DNA of 64,000 bases from Raillietiella orientalis (lineage: Eukaryota): the NCBI GenBank assembly GCA_036172245.1, contig JAYWIR010000018.1:2666001-2730000 (forward strand), read 5' to 3'. This document shows positions 39,901 to 52,170 of this stretch, in pieces. Position numbers and translations under genes: made by a program. The notes below the pieces were generated by a model. It was not told where the DNA came from and ran no database searches. It saw only the letters and a list, made by a program, of their open reading frames with translations. Each line of letters begins with the position of its first letter. Positions within the stretch are counted from its first letter, which is position 1.

Positions 39901-42085
39901 GAACCCTTGCACGAGGTTTCCTATTTTCATTCTGCACAGGACGTCCTCGAATTGTTCGTGGTTTGCTGCCTTTAGCCACAGTAGTTCGAATTTTTCGAAC
40001 AGCTGCCGATATGCTTTGTAAAGCCATTGGCGTGCCTTGGCTCATTGAAGCCTCGTACGATGTCCTTTGGTGCGGTCTTTTTGGAAGAGAAGGGTGAACA
40101 CCGGTGTTTCCTCAGTGGAGTCCGTACGCGTTCTCCAGGAACACGTGGACGCTCCCAGACCTGGACATCTGAACTTCAACGATGAGGTCGGGCTATAGAA
40201 AAAAGTGTTTCGCGGGTGGCATGTGAGATGTCGTTCTTTACGAGGATCACCACTCCTCTTGGTCTTCTCCTTTTCCCAATCACAAGCAGTTGTGCGTCTA
40301 ATCGTCGCTCCAGTTCGAGAACGAGTTGACGACTCTTGTCCAGGGTCTCCTGTAGGCACATGATGTCGTCACGTTCAATAATGAGTGTGATTTGCCTTCT
40401 TTTTTCCTGGCTGTACAAGCCGTTCCAGGAAGCGATCTTGATAACTCCCTACTGGTGACAGGAAAGTGGCCATTGAGTTTATGTGAAGGACTTGGTATTC
40501 TCGTGCTTCCGTTCGGGAGACTGCTGCTGCCTCCTAATTGAAACGCTTAGTTCGCCAATGTTGCTTGCAGACTCCAGGTAGGTAGTCCGTCCTCTTGCTT
40601 GGAAGCACGGATCGGTGATTTCTTTTTCGGTCATCCTTCGGCTGGGAAGAGATAGGGTGTTCACAGTCTCTCCATGTTTTGTCTTCACGCCAAGCAGAAC
40701 GCTCTCCATCTTCACTCAGGGATGTTAGTCACCGGGGGGTCACTGGTCGACGACTTACTGGAGTTCATAGAGCGGGCGCAGAGCGTCTTCATGCTCTTCG
40801 CCGCCCATTCCTGGTGGCTAGACTTCTGTGAGCTGTTCTTTTTCCGTCACATGTTCTTGCATTTGTACCAGTTCCTCTCTCTGCGGGGCGTTTCCCGACG
40901 GCACCTTCAGGATGAAACTCGTGTCTGTTGGCTTCCTCTTTCCCTTATTCCGTTTTACTCCGGAGAATTTCGCTACCGTGGTCTCGGGACTTTTCTCCTC
41001 GTTCTGCTCCTTCTAAGGTGGTTCCGGAGTAGGAGTTAGTCTCCGCGTTTCTCATGGAGCATTTCCCACATCCCCCTTTCGCGTGCCTCGACAGCCTACT
41101 GAAGTGCAACAGCCTGCGGTTAGGTGCACGACCTGATAAATAGGTCCTGCTGGCTGCACCTGGGTCATGGGCAAGAATCGACCCCATGGCCAAAGGTCTT
41201 GCACCCGATACAGAATGCTGGTCGTTTGACTACGTTTCATCAAGACCACTCCCGGATTCTTTGCATCTTCGTCGAGTTTGGTACCGGCGATTCTCCCTCG
41301 GAGATGGCCTTGCCCACGTGGGGTCCCAGAAATCCACTTGCTTCACCTCTCTTTACTGGTACAGGTGATCTCGGACCGCCTGATTGGTGGTGTGGGAGCT
41401 GACGCTTGCCATAAACGCCATTGTGATGGAGGACCCACCTATTCCATGCTGCGCGCATCCATTGAGAGTGATTCCCTTTTCAACTGGCTCATCGATGAGC
41501 GCTTCTTTGAACGTGTGGATGGTAAAGCCCTGGCACGTGGAATGATCGCTTGTATGCGGCCAAAGTCCACATTCTCTTGATGTAGCGCAGGTAAATTTCC
41601 TTTACATTGCTGATTCTTAGTGCTCTGGCCTTCACGTCACACGTTCCCATCTATCCTTCCACTCTGCAGGGAACCTAGAGAACTCAGTTACGTTCGGAGA
41701 GGACCCTTCAGAGAAAATAAGAAGAGTCTTTTCGGGGTTCTCTTCAGAGACGTAACAAGGATCAGTTCTCTTGTGGGCTCCCTCCGGAGAAGAAATGAGA
41801 AATGACTCTCTTTGTGAAATTTATCTGGAGCAGGAAGAGGGCCCTTCAGAGTTCCCCATCAAGCTTAAGGGGAACGGACTCCTTCCTCCGGACCCTTCCT
41901 GGATTCAATGTCATCCTTCCGGGGTTACTCCCCATAACCTGAGGAGTTGTACGCACCTTCGGGTAAAGTGCACAACGTTAAAAAGCCCTTTTAAGGAGAC
42001 GAACTGTTCTTAAGCGCTTGGAGAGCCAAAAAAAAGGCTGTAAGGAAAGCAATGAAAACAGGAGAAACTAAAAGAATCCCGGTCA
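36911..42085 (-). mobile_element. Degenerate near full-length L1/Tx1-like LINE (5' UTR, ORF1 relic, APE-RT-zinc finger ORF2 relic, 3' terminus)
   Basis: APE start IASWNGLYSQEKRRQI..DIMCLQET..RGVVILVK (~40440-40230). RT: RPMSILNSDARYLA..RLSEVL, ICINGQIAKAISMERGI, LANADNFLFFL (degenerate YADD; 39120-38560). C-terminal FCHGGIL..KYW..ECGAKKTQL (~37500-37400). The 3' end aaataaaa-tcactccagcggactgggg-aaa is at 36911-36940, and the T-rich 5' end is at ~42028-42085. Confidence 0.85.
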
Positions 42086-42123
42086 TCAACACTCACAAGA
42101 CGTTATAGGAGATGCGGTGGGCC

Positions 42124-43075
42124 TCGTCTACTCCCCTTGCTTCAGTTCTGCCCTCCCTAAGGGACGCAAGGGACAGCGCGATCCCGAAAAGGTGGGAATT
42201 GACTTGCTGCATGACGGCAAAGAGGAAAGTATTGGGGGCGTGGACAACTCGGAAAGTGACGGACTCTGAGGCTCCGAGTGTCCCACCCAAAGGGCTTCTA
42301 CGCTGAAGAGAGCTGCTTCCAATCCCTCCGGAGGGCGTGAAGCGGCTCCCAGAGTGCTGGAACAGAGTAGCTCCCTCCTCCTCAAATGGCCAGAGTTGGC
42401 GTTGCCGATGATGCATGGGGGAGTCCCGTGCAAAGCGCGCCTTCGCCACTGGACATGGGGCGGGGAGCGCGGACGCTCAGTGCGACAGGCGCGGAAAGAA
42501 GGAGACCCTCCCGCGCCTGCTCTTGGGCTGTGCTGTCCTCCGACCCCTTTGGGATCGTCTCGCGACGATCGTAGGAACCCCGGCGGGTGGCCCCACGGGC
42601 ATTTGGAAACGCCTCTTTGTGGGTGATGCCTCACTGCCACCAGCCGCTACCCTTGCAATTCTCTGTTGTGTTCGCAGGATCACGGCGGTTTGGAACGGCA
42701 GAGGAAGAGGCCGAAATGGCAGAGGCGCCATCCACTGGGCGTGGATCTTCCTGACGACCGCCTCGGGATGGTGCCACCTGCGCGAGACACGAACGGAACT
42801 CGTCAGCATCCTGAACAGGATGCAGGGGACGCCTGGGAACGTACTGTGATCCCTTCCTCGATTCCTCTCTCCCCGTGTAAAGTTTCCCCTCCTCTGTTTC
42901 ATTTGTTTGTTTGTTTTTTGTTTTTGTTCTCTCTTCCCCCACGCTGCCGAAGCGGACCTCGCCGGTCTACGCACCGGTCTTCGGCAGGTTCAAAGCACGT
43001 GGTACAACGAGTGTTCTACCACAAAAATGTATTTTTATTACTTCACGTAATAAATGCCTCGGCATAACCTGGGTG
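42124..43075 (+). mobile_element. L1/Tx1-like LINE 3' fragment (ORF2 C-terminus and 3' UTR)
   Basis: MHGGVPCKARLRHW..CDRRGKKETLPRLLLGCAVLRPLW (zf-RVT-like), then a T-rich UTR and the terminus aataaatgcctcggcataacctgggtg. Confidence 0.8.
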
Positions 43076-43079
43076 ACAC

Positions 43080-43750
43080 TCATCTCTTCCAAATGGAGCC
43101 ACCGAGCTCCCAGTGAGGCGCGAAGTCAGGCAACTCACCACTGTCTATTGCGGCTCCGATATGTCCTGCTTCTGATTGCACACTGCTGGAGGCCCTTCGC
43201 AGAGAGCACCGGCAAAGCGGTTGTCGTCAGGGTTGGAGAACTCAAGGAGAATCCCACCCGGGGAAGGACTGTCGCCATCGAGAAATGGGTGCGCAGTGAG
43301 TTTCGGGTCCTCCCCTCTTCTTGCAAGGCGCTGACTGGCCTGTAGGCTTCGGATGCAGTAGTAGTGGAAGCCAAAATTCCCAGGATGCTCCTTTCCCCCC
43401 GCTGGCTGACAAGGATTGGAATTTGACCTTCTGTGGTCCTTCCAGGAACTAAGGAGCCCCTGGGTTTCCATTCAGTTGTGAAAATGGAGCTGATTGATAC
43501 CCCTTTCCAGGGGTTGCCTCTCCAAAGTGCAAGAGCCCAGCTCCCTTTGGGGAGCCTGCTCTCGTCTGCCGAACCACTCTCAGTTTCTTCTCCTCTTCTG
43601 CTCCGAGGCTCACATCCATCCTCCTGCAAAGTGATTTTCCTTCCTTTCCAAAGCTTTCTGCTTCCACAGAGCTGCGGGACTCCTATGGTATCTCCCTTCG
43701 CCCCAATTCTCCTACGCGGACCCCTTCTGGTGACTGCTCCGAGCAGTGAC
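43080..43750 (-). mobile_element. ORF1-like fragment of the same LINE family
   Basis: WKPRGSLVPGRTT resembles ENHRSLVPGRIH in the 5'/ORF1 segment at ~55100-55150. Confidence 0.45.
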
Positions 43751-44717
43751 ATCCTCCGAGACTTCCCGAGTCAGAGGAATTGCGCGTGGGCAGGACGAAC
43801 TTTCCTTGCCGCGGCGCTGCCCTCCCTGCGGGAGCATCTTGGCAGCATCAGTCTAACGGCGAAATAGGAAGTCTTCTGCGAGATATCATCCAGATGCAAG
43901 ACGCTCACTGGTTGGACCACGGGCCAGTTAACCGACACTGCGACCCCGTCTCCGGCCTAAAGGACTTGTGCGTTGGGGTGCGCTGCTGAGCATTCCTCGT
44001 GAGGATCTTGGGTGGCCCCCATCTCTCCTGAACAACTGCACCCTTCCTCTCAATTGGCAGCAAGAGGCGTTTCTGTTGTTGCACTGTAGCCTCCCTAGCA
44101 ACGCGCGCCGATACCACTGGACCAGGGGGTGTGTGGATCCGAATTGCAGCAGGTGTGGGGAACGGGAAACCCTCCCTCACCAACTTGTGGACTGTGTTGC
44201 CCTGCGACCCTTGTGGGGACCATTTACGGCGATGACCTTTGGACCCCATGTGGCAACCCCAGGGACGCACTGAGACCCCTCTTCGTGAGCGACGCACTGC
44301 CGCTGTCCGCATCCTGAGCAGCGCTTTGCTGCCAAAGTAGGATTGTGGCGGCCTTGAGCGACGCTAGTGGAGGAGGAAGCGGCAGGGAGGCTATTCACTT
44401 CACCCTTCGTTTTTTAGGGAGGACAACGAAATGGCTCCGCCCGGAGAACAGGAGAGAAGAACCTGCCAGCATCCTGCAAAGGTTGCCTCCAACAGACAGT
44501 GATCCCTTCCCGTGCCCTCGGAGCTTATTAATGTTAATACATTTTTACTTATTTTTTTGTTTTTGTTTTCCCATCCACTCTGCTGTCGAAGCCATCCTCT
44601 CCGGTCTGCGCACCGAACGCAAGCTTTGCAGAACAGAGAATTTGACAGATCCAATGAGCCTATCATATTGTAAAGTTTATTTATCTAAATAAACGCCCTG
44701 GCGATCCTGGGTGAAAA
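43750..44717 (+). mobile_element. L1/Tx1-like LINE 3' fragment
   Basis: RTFLAAALPSLREH, LLHCSLPSNARRYHW..CSRCGERETLPHQLVDC..LW, LRPLFVSDALP. The terminus is aataaacgccctggcgatcctgggtgaaaa. Confidence 0.85.
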
Positions 44718-44811
44718 CCGAGTCGGCGGAATTTGAACTCCCGTGCCGGAGGCAAGATCTTATTTGACCGAGAACGCGAAGGGCTCTCTAGTGGCAGGTT
44801 TGACGGTCGAC

Positions 44812-45060
44812 ATGGCTGCAAGAGTGAAAAATACCAAAGTGAGAGGTAGTCAAAGTCTCGTTCCGACCGTGTCGGCCTGCGGTTTTCGGTCGGTTGTGTT
44901 CACCGGACACCTGTGCTGACCGCACGGGAATGGGAATGCCCGCGAATCTGTCCACAGCAATGAATACCTGGAGGCCGAAGTTCGGAAACGCGGCCAAAGG
45001 CAATAAGAAGTTTTTCACCTGGTCACTCCAGGCGTTTATAAAAAAAGAAACCAGCTGGGA
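44812..45060 (+). pseudogene. H2A: Histone H2A pseudogene
   Basis: Across frameshifts: MAARVKNTKVRG / KSRSDRVGLRFSVGCVHR / CADRTGMGMPANLSTA / EYLEAEV / GNAAKGNKK..LQAFIKKE. This is colinear with H2A [70 protein letters not shown]. Confidence 0.85.
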
Positions 45061-45849
45061 ACGCAGTGCCCAACTGAAGATGAAGTTCAAGGGGAAGATC
45101 CTCCGCAGGTCGGAATAAGCAAAAGTCCAGAACGCGGGAGGGAAGCGGGGACAATTAAATACATTAGAAATCCGGGGAAATGGGGAGTGGGGATTGCCCT
45201 CGCCAAGAGGAACCCCTCACATGCAAAGGAAAAAGCAGCCGTCCCGCTCCCAGGAGGGCAACATCCCTCGCCGATTCTCCTTTCTCTCTCGCCTCCGCTT
45301 GTTTTTCCTCCTCCGGTCGTCATGGTGATCCGCGAACGGCGTGGGTGCGGCACACCGACTACCGCCTGGCGGAGCGGCGGGGCTCCTCGAATCGTCGTTT
45401 CTTCTGCTGTTCCCATCCTCGACGCGCTTCCGAAGCTCCCGAAGGGCCACCCAGATCGGAGCGTTGCCATGGCACGGAGGAGAGGATTTTCACCCGTTCA
45501 TGCCTGAGGGTGTTCATTTAGTAAAAATGAACAAGTCGGGAGCACGCTGGTGCCCAGTCGGGGACAAAAGACGTTCCAGAGGGAAGGAAGAGGGGGGAGG
45601 GTCGATCGACACACAGGTCGAGATTTTCGAAACTCTGGAATAGGAGGAAGGGAGAGGAAGATGATCAAAAAAAAAAAATGAAGTAATCCGGGCGGGATGG
45701 GGCAGGGGTCTTTGGGTTCTCCCGTATGCATCGGAATGAATACGTAAAAAATGGGAAAGATACGGAGCAAAGGGAAGTGGAGAATGAATAAAAAAAACGA
45801 TAAAACGAAATAGAGGGTGGAGTCAAGGGTCACCGATGTCCGCCGTTCT

Positions 45850-46400
45850 TTCGCTTCAGAATCGGCGCTCGATGCCGGCGATCTCCTCCATGCCTTCCTA
45901 TTGCAAGGTCACCTGGAAGTCGCCCTCATTTAGGCGGTGCTGCCGTCCCAGTGACCTCCTTTGGCTGCGTCGTCGCCTCCAGCACATGGCGGGCTATGAC
46001 GATGGCACTGCAATGATTACGACCACCGTGCCCGTCGAGATTCCCTTCTGGAGCAAAGCGCCGTCGCAGCAGGTCGCGGGCGGGGTGTCCTCCTGGTGCA
46101 GTAGCGCTTACGCCAGCCTCCCTCGCAGTTCCTGGAGGGCATTGAAGTCGAAAGCAGGTGCGGATGGATTCCGCCCACCCGCATCTGGCGCAGTTTCGGG
46201 AGGTAACCCCTGCTCAAACGAGGGTGCCGGCGTCCGTTTCACTGGAATCTTCAGTGGATGGAGAGCAGCGCGGCCTACTTCCAGGAGAGCGGGAACACAG
46301 AAGCGTTCAGGCATTGGGGAGGGACCATAAGTTCCTCGGGAACAACACTCAAAGAAGTCTACCGAAGGAATCCCGTCTCCAGAGTATTCGGAGTGGCTCG
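45850..46400 (+). mobile_element. Possible highly decayed RLE-type RT fragment
   Basis: YCKVTW..LLW..AGYDDG..SAYASLPRSSWRALKSKAG follows the order of RT motifs YK..RL..W, GF...DG, NAF.S.PH..L...G. Confidence 0.3.
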
Positions 46401-46664
46401 GGCGTCTTCTAGCCGCCAAGGAGTTTCGTCCTTCCGGCGATGGTGATGGAAAACCCACCTCGCCGGTAGGCTACTGCCGTTTTTTGCCCTGAGGGAAAAC
46501 AGAGCTGTGATGGGGTGTGTGGTGGCCGGGGTAGACCATTTTGCCGCGTCCTGTATCACCACTTCCAGAGGTACAGATGTCGCGGGGGCAAAGATCTGGG
46601 CGCATTCCCTAGAATGCAGTCCAGGAATCAACAGCTTCCCGTCTCCAAGCATTGTAGTTCATTG

Positions 46665-46935
46665 AGCGGCAGGAGATCCACGGCTGGACTTTCACTATTG
46701 AGGCGAGTTGCCTCAGGAGGAAGCCGAATCCCCGCATTCTATAATGGGTGCTCGGGAGCAGCGAGAGCAGTCCTTTGCTGCCGGCACATCTCCGCAGGAT
46801 GATGCGCCCTAATGCACACAACAAGACAGGAGACAATGAGGCGCGCATCATCCCGCATTACCTGCAGCTGGCCACGAGCAGTGACGGAGAGCTAAACAAG
46901 TTGATTTCTGGAGTGATGGCAGTCGCACAGGAATC
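46665..46935 (+). pseudogene. H2A: Histone H2A pseudogene
   Basis: GDNEARIIPHYLQLATSSDGELNKLISGVMAVAQ vs [34 protein letters not shown]. Upstream in another frame: RSTAGLSL..GCSGAARAVL. Confidence 0.8.
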
Positions 46936-47789
46936 TAAAGGCGAAGCATTCCAGAGGGCTTTTCAGCAAAACAGTATTCAGGGGTCACGGATCCGCGTAG
47001 AAAGTGAGTCAAGAGTGGAACGACGGAGCTTTGCTTCAGCCTCGTCTTCCCTTCCAGCTCCTCAGCCTTGCCGGTTGCCTACGCTGCTGCACACGGTGTA
47101 TACCTCTCGCTCAACCCCTGTTGCAGCATTTCTTCCTCTCACGCATGCTCTTCTTTACCCCAGCGTGCACTTCATGTGACGCTTTCTTTCTCAAGGAACG
47201 ACTGCTCCGCACGATGCTGAATTTCTAGAGTAACGCACTTGACTGGCATGAAAGTCTCTATCTGCCGGTGGTAGCGTGCTCCACTCATTCTACCTCATGC
47301 TCTCGGCTGCTTTGTCGTCTGGTTGTTCCCTGAGCCGCTGCCGCGCTACCCGGCAGCCCTTCGCTTGCTTTGCCTCGGTGCTTCTGGATTCTTGCATCTT
47401 TGATCAGGAAATGCTCTGTCGTATCGCAGCTCAACATATTAGCGATCTCCACTCTTTCTTGTGGGATCAAAATCTAGAGCTTCTGTGCCGGGCTGGGGTT
47501 CCCTCCTGAAATCCCTTGTCGACTGAAGAATGTGGTGACAACGCGTCGCCAAGAATCAATTGGGGGATGCCTTCCGGAAACCCCACCGTGCAATGAAAAT
47601 TCCTGGTTAATACTTACGCCCGGTGTGCATAGAACGACGCCGAAAAGTTCAGGGACACGTTTTAGCAACCCTATTCCCAAGTGACTCATAGCAACGACTG
47701 TTCTGTCCCGTCCTCGATAAGCACGTCCTCCTTGGAGTACAATCTGAAAAGTGTATACAAAAAGCAGTATCTTTTTCGTCACACTCGTA

Positions 47790-48030
47790 ATGAGACACTT
47801 CTTCGTCCGCCCTCTGCCGCAACAGCAACTGTTGTGGAATTTCCGGGATTCATGGTTCCGAGGAAACTGAAAATCCCTTACAAGCTGGTCATCAGGAAAG
47901 AGACGAACAACCAGTAATGTCTAGTGAGAACATAATGAGGACCATCATCACCTCCTGCATTGGGGGAACACTCGAAAATAACGGTAACAGCCGCACAAGA
48001 GAGGAAAGTGGGAACCCTGTGTCCCCTACG
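47790..48030 (+). pseudogene. Histone H4-like relic
   Basis: LVIRKET / ENIMRTIITSC / EHSKITVTA vs LIYEET / ENVIRDAVTYT / EHAKRKTVTA. Confidence 0.5.
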
Positions 48031-48389
48031 CCGTTTCCGCTCGTTTCGTCCATTGCTGCTTTGCCATCATGTTCACCTATCTTGGTTTGACACTGGAAGA
48101 TGTTTGAACGGGGACCTGTTCGTCGTCATCTCTGCGCGGCGTCTCCGCCATTACGAAACGCGCGGTTCTTTCGAAACCGCTCGGCCGTACGCACCAGGCG
48201 ATGTACATTCGGGCGAATACGGATGTGGCGTTCGGAGTGACTTCCGGCCTCGAAGATGGAAAGTTTCCACGATGGAAACATCACATCACCTTCCGACTGA
48301 AACTGCCACACCTCACAGAAATGCTATTTTTGGAACCGATGTGCTTTCCGAATTTTGCTGCAGCAGAGCCAACGTGCTGCGCAAGTTCA

Positions 48390-48625
48390 AAACCAAGCAG
48401 CGATGTAGGCGTAGGAAGCCGCATGTACAACACGATCCACGACGCGCACAACACCTTCCTTCCTGCCCATGAGTCTTAAGGAGCTCGGAGCGGCCAGCTG
48501 AACGGGGATCGGAATCGCAGCTGCTCGGCAACCGCTGTCGTACGGAAACACAGCAGCAACACTTGCAAACCGCCCGGAAACGAAATTCTTCCAGCATCCT
48601 CTGCGCCAACGTTTCGGAGAAGATA
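48390..48625 (+). pseudogene. Possible histone H2B-like relic
   Basis: GIAAA / LQTA / ILP / VSE occur in H2B order; weak. Confidence 0.25.
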
Positions 48626-48691
48626 CGGGGAAAGAAGGAGAAGGTTTTTCACCCGATTTTGCCGTGGCATTGATTATCAAAAATAATAATG

Positions 48692-49606
48692 ATAAAAATA
48701 CATTTTTGTGGTAGAACACTCGTTGTACCACGTGCTTTGAACCTGCCGAAGACCGGTGCGTAGACCGGCGAGGTCCGCTTCGGCAGCGTGGGGGAAGAGA
48801 GAACAAAAACAAAAAACAAACAAACAAATGAAACAGAGGAGGGGAAACTTTACACGGGGAGAGAGGAATCGAGGAAGGGATCACAGTACGTTCCCAGGCG
48901 TCCCCTGCATCCTGTTCAGGATGCTGACGAGTTCCGTTCGTGTCTCGCGCAGGTGGCACCATCCCGAGGCGGTCGTCAGGAAGATCCACGCCCAGTGGAT
49001 GGCGCCTCTGCCATTTCGGCCTCTTCCTCTGCCGTTCCAAACCGCCGTGATCCTGCGAACACAACAGAGAATTGCAAGGGTAGCGGCTGGTGGCAGTGAG
49101 GCATCACCCACAAAGAGGCGTTTCCAAATGCCCGTGGGGCCACCCGCCGGGGTTCCTACGATCGTCGCGAGACGATCCCAAAGGGGTCGGAGGACAGCAC
49201 AGCCCAAGAGCAGGCGCGGGAGGGTCTCCTTCTTTCCGCGCCTGTCGCACTGAGCGTCCGCGCTCCCCGCCTCATGTCCAGTGGCGAAGGCGCGCTTTGC
49301 ACGGGACTCCCCCATGCATCATCGGCAACGCCAACTCTGGCCATTTGAGGAGGAGGGAGCTACTCTGTTCCAGCACTCTGGGAGCCGCTTCACGCCCTCC
49401 GGAGGGATTGGAAGCAGCTCTCTTCAGCGTAGAAGCCCTTTGGGTGGGACACTCGGAGCCTCAGAGTCCGTCACTTTCCGAGTTGTCCACGCCCCCAATA
49501 CTTTCCTCTTTGCCGTCATGCAGCAAGTCAATTCCCACCTTTTCGGGATCGCGCTGTCCCTTGCGTCCCTTAGGGAGGGCAGAACTGAAGCAAGGGGAGT
49601 AGACGA
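48692..49606 (-). repeat. Near-identical inverted duplicate of 42124-43038
   Basis: 915 bp; the ORF-track peptides are identical apart from a single substitution (GHGAG vs GHEAG). This copy lacks the LINE terminal motif. Confidence 0.95.
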
Positions 49607-50259
49607 AGGCCACAGCATCTTTCACGGATTGGACACGAAGGAAGGAGAAGCTGAGAAGGGAAGAGATGAAAAATTCTTCCCCGGCCTTCCGTTCAGCAGC
49701 ACCCTTACGGGCCGAACCGTCGCGCGTTCCGGCAAGCCGGGCGAGGCAGCGCGCTTGCGGGAAGGGGCACTCTTGCGGTAGGCGTGCGTCCAGAACCGTG
49801 TATCTGAACAATGGGTAGACGATCAGGGAACGAGGGGGTGGGTGGGATCTTTTGCCTTCTTGGATCCCGGGTTGCCCTCTCCCGATGAATAAAAAATGAA
49901 GGCGAAGGATTAGGGTGGGAAGGACGGCTGGAAGAGAACTCTACTCTCTTCGTGAAGATTGCAGATTACATCTAGTAATATTTAGAGTATATTTTTAGTT
50001 TGCTTCGGAAAAGCAAGTAAATAAAAACTAAATTTAGTGAGGACTACGGTAAATGCCAAGAAAACATCCTTCATCAACGAAGAGGACTGTGACTTATTTT
50101 TAGTAAGCATTCAAACGAAGAGTTCATTAACACACGAACTTATTTTGGCCCACGGGGAAGATGATGTTTCGAAAAGGTGCGAGGCGTCGAAAATTTCACG
50201 GGGAAAAGAAAGGAAGGAAGGAGCCACGTGCAAGCGCTTCCCGCACGCGCGTGATTTGC

Positions 50260-50625
50260 ACGAGCTGCGTTCCAAGACAGGTAGGGTAGGTGGAAATTCA
50301 CCCCATCCTGTCCGCGGTCGCGCGGGGGGAGACCGCGGGAATGAAGGCTGCTAGCGTTCCTTCATCCCCTGCCTCATCAGCGGAGGCCGGCGCTGACTGC
50401 CACCAATAAATGGAGACCATCCCGAATTGTAAAATGGGAAGAGCTTCTGCTCTCCCACGTCCCACCTTTCCAACTGCAATTTTCATTGCAGCTGGAAAGG
50501 TGGGTACGAAAGGTCTGTACGATAGGCCGAAAGCTGGACTTCCACATCGTGCGGCCGCGCAGCATGGCGCTCGTTCCTACGTAGCAAATTCCCACGACGA
50601 TGGCAATCTTCTTGGGTTCTTTTAC
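50260..50625 (+). pseudogene. Histone H3-like relic
   Basis: LRSKTGRVGGNSP / MKAAS / EELLLSHVPPFQ..RWVRKVC..LDFH..SMAL / GNLLGFF occur in H3 motif order. Confidence 0.4.
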
Positions 50626-50629
50626 TTTC

Positions 50630-50969
50630 GCTGCTTTCCTTCCAGCTTTATTTTTTTCTTTTCTGGTATTCCCTTTTTTTTTTTATTGGCCACATGTTGA
50701 AGAACCGTTTGCTTCCTTATGGAGGGCTCACGAGGTTCTTTAAGAGCCATCCATGCCAGCTGAGGGTGCGTGTCATTCTTCAAACGAGGAGGCAACCCCG
50801 GGAGAACCACCCTATGAATCCAGGAAGACTACCGAGGAACGAGTCCGTTCTTCTCACTCTTGGGAGGCGGACCCTCTCCCTGGTTGCCTTAGAAGGGAAC
50901 CTCGAAGAAAACTTCCTTTTTCTCTCCTGAGGGGTCGGTCCCACGAATTGGGCCACTTCCCATTTCCTC
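50630..50969 (+). mobile_element. LINE 5' end fragment (T-rich UTR and ORF1 start)
   Basis: gaagaaccg..accctatgaatccaggaag..cacttcccattt matches 54555-54830. Confidence 0.75.
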
Positions 50970-51545
50970 TTTTTTTACCCGATTGCTCTGAGGCGTTTCT
51001 TACATGGAATAAACTTTCAAGATGAGTGGCGGGAAGCCGAGTCCAGCCGCGTTCCTTCACCGAACCTGCCGAGGAGCCGATTCGCAGACCGGCGAGGACC
51101 ACCTCGACAGCAGAGGGGTGGGGACGAAACAAAAAGAGAGCAAAATAAAAAAATAAAATAAATATAAACGTACTTTAGGGGTTGAGGAGGGAATCACTGT
51201 TTGCTATGGGGTGTCCTCTGCATCCTTCCAAGGATGCCGGCAAGTTCGCATTGCATGTTCCTCAGATGGGACGTTCCTCTTGTGGCCTTCGTCAAGTAGC
51301 GGACGGCGAAGTGGATGGCATCGCTACCCCTGCCTCGTTGTCGCCTTTTTCGACAACGCTCCAGATAGCCGTGATCCTAATTAGTCTTATAGCTTCGGGT
51401 GTGGCAATGGTGGAAACTGGATGTCCCCGTTGACCGGCCGGGACTTCTCCGGGATCCTTCGAGGAATCAAGAAGTCGGCCTCCTTCGAGGTTCCCCCCCA
51501 TGCGTAAAAATGGAGGCGTCCTTCCTCTCTTCGGGAAACCCTCCA
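50970..51545 (-). mobile_element. LINE 3' fragment with short poly(A), abutting the 5' fragment
   Basis: Minus strand shows the family UTR block ctgctgtcgag..cctcgccggtctgcg..ggcaggttc, then aagaaacgcctcagagcaatcgggt followed by A7. Confidence 0.75.
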
Positions 51546-51596
51546 TCGCGAGGGGACTTGAAACCTATGACGCCCCCATTTCTCGGCATCGATCCT

Positions 51597-51672
51597 TCCC
51601 CTGGGTGGGATTCGAACCCGCGACGCTTGCTACCACGCGCGCGTAGACCGTGCCCACACGGCTACCGACGAG
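51597..51672 (-). other. tRNA-derived sequence (pseudo-tRNA or SINE head)
   Basis: Minus strand has A-box-like TAGCCGTGTGG and B box GGTTCGAATCC at tRNA-like spacing. I cannot fold a complete cloverleaf. Confidence 0.6.
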
Positions 51673-51689
51673 GGCTGTCGGCTGCTTGC

Positions 51690-51925
51690 GCGAGAAACAA
51701 ACTCGGTGGACTGCTTCATGGAGCTCAGATGACGTGAAAGCATCCAGAGATTTTTGCTCGCCTGGTCGGATGTTCTCTTCACGCGCCGCCTGAAGGCGTC
51801 TTCGTACCAGGGTTTCAGCGGAACCCGGCGGAGAACGTAATGCGCACGAAGTGTTTCACTGTTCATTAAAAGCAGAGAAAGGGATGCCTTTCCAGTGTAG
51901 AGGTAGCGCTTTGGAAGGAGGCCAG
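51690..51925 (+). pseudogene. Histone H4-like relic
   Basis: RESIQRF / ENVMRTKCFTVH*KQRK..VEVAL vs RDNIQGI / ENVIRDAVTYTEHAKRK..DVVYAL. Confidence 0.38.
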
Positions 51926-51939
51926 TGGTGTCGTGCCGA

Positions 51940-52170
51940 ATCATAAAAGTGGGAGGCGCGGCGAGCCGTGCGCTGCCAGCTGGATGGATGATCCATCCGC
52001 CGCTGACGCCACAGCCCAGGAACAGCGAGTCGCTGGCCACAGTCGTGATCCTGCGCCGACCCGGATTCATTTTCCTGGCCACACAGGAGCCGCTCAAGAT
52101 AATCGCAAGAGAAAAAACCGCTTGCCCCTTCGGGAACTTCGCTCCCTTGTTGCGACAGGAATGTCCTTTG
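51940..52170 (+). pseudogene. Histone H2A-like relic
   Basis: SRALPAGWMIH / GAAQDNRKRKNRLPLRELR. Confidence 0.33.

Noticed and set aside
41980..42000. Histone mRNA 3' stem-loop-like strings (also 38021, 46955)
   Set aside because: The stems do not pair as GGYYYT-loop-ARRRCC, and two lie inside a LINE.
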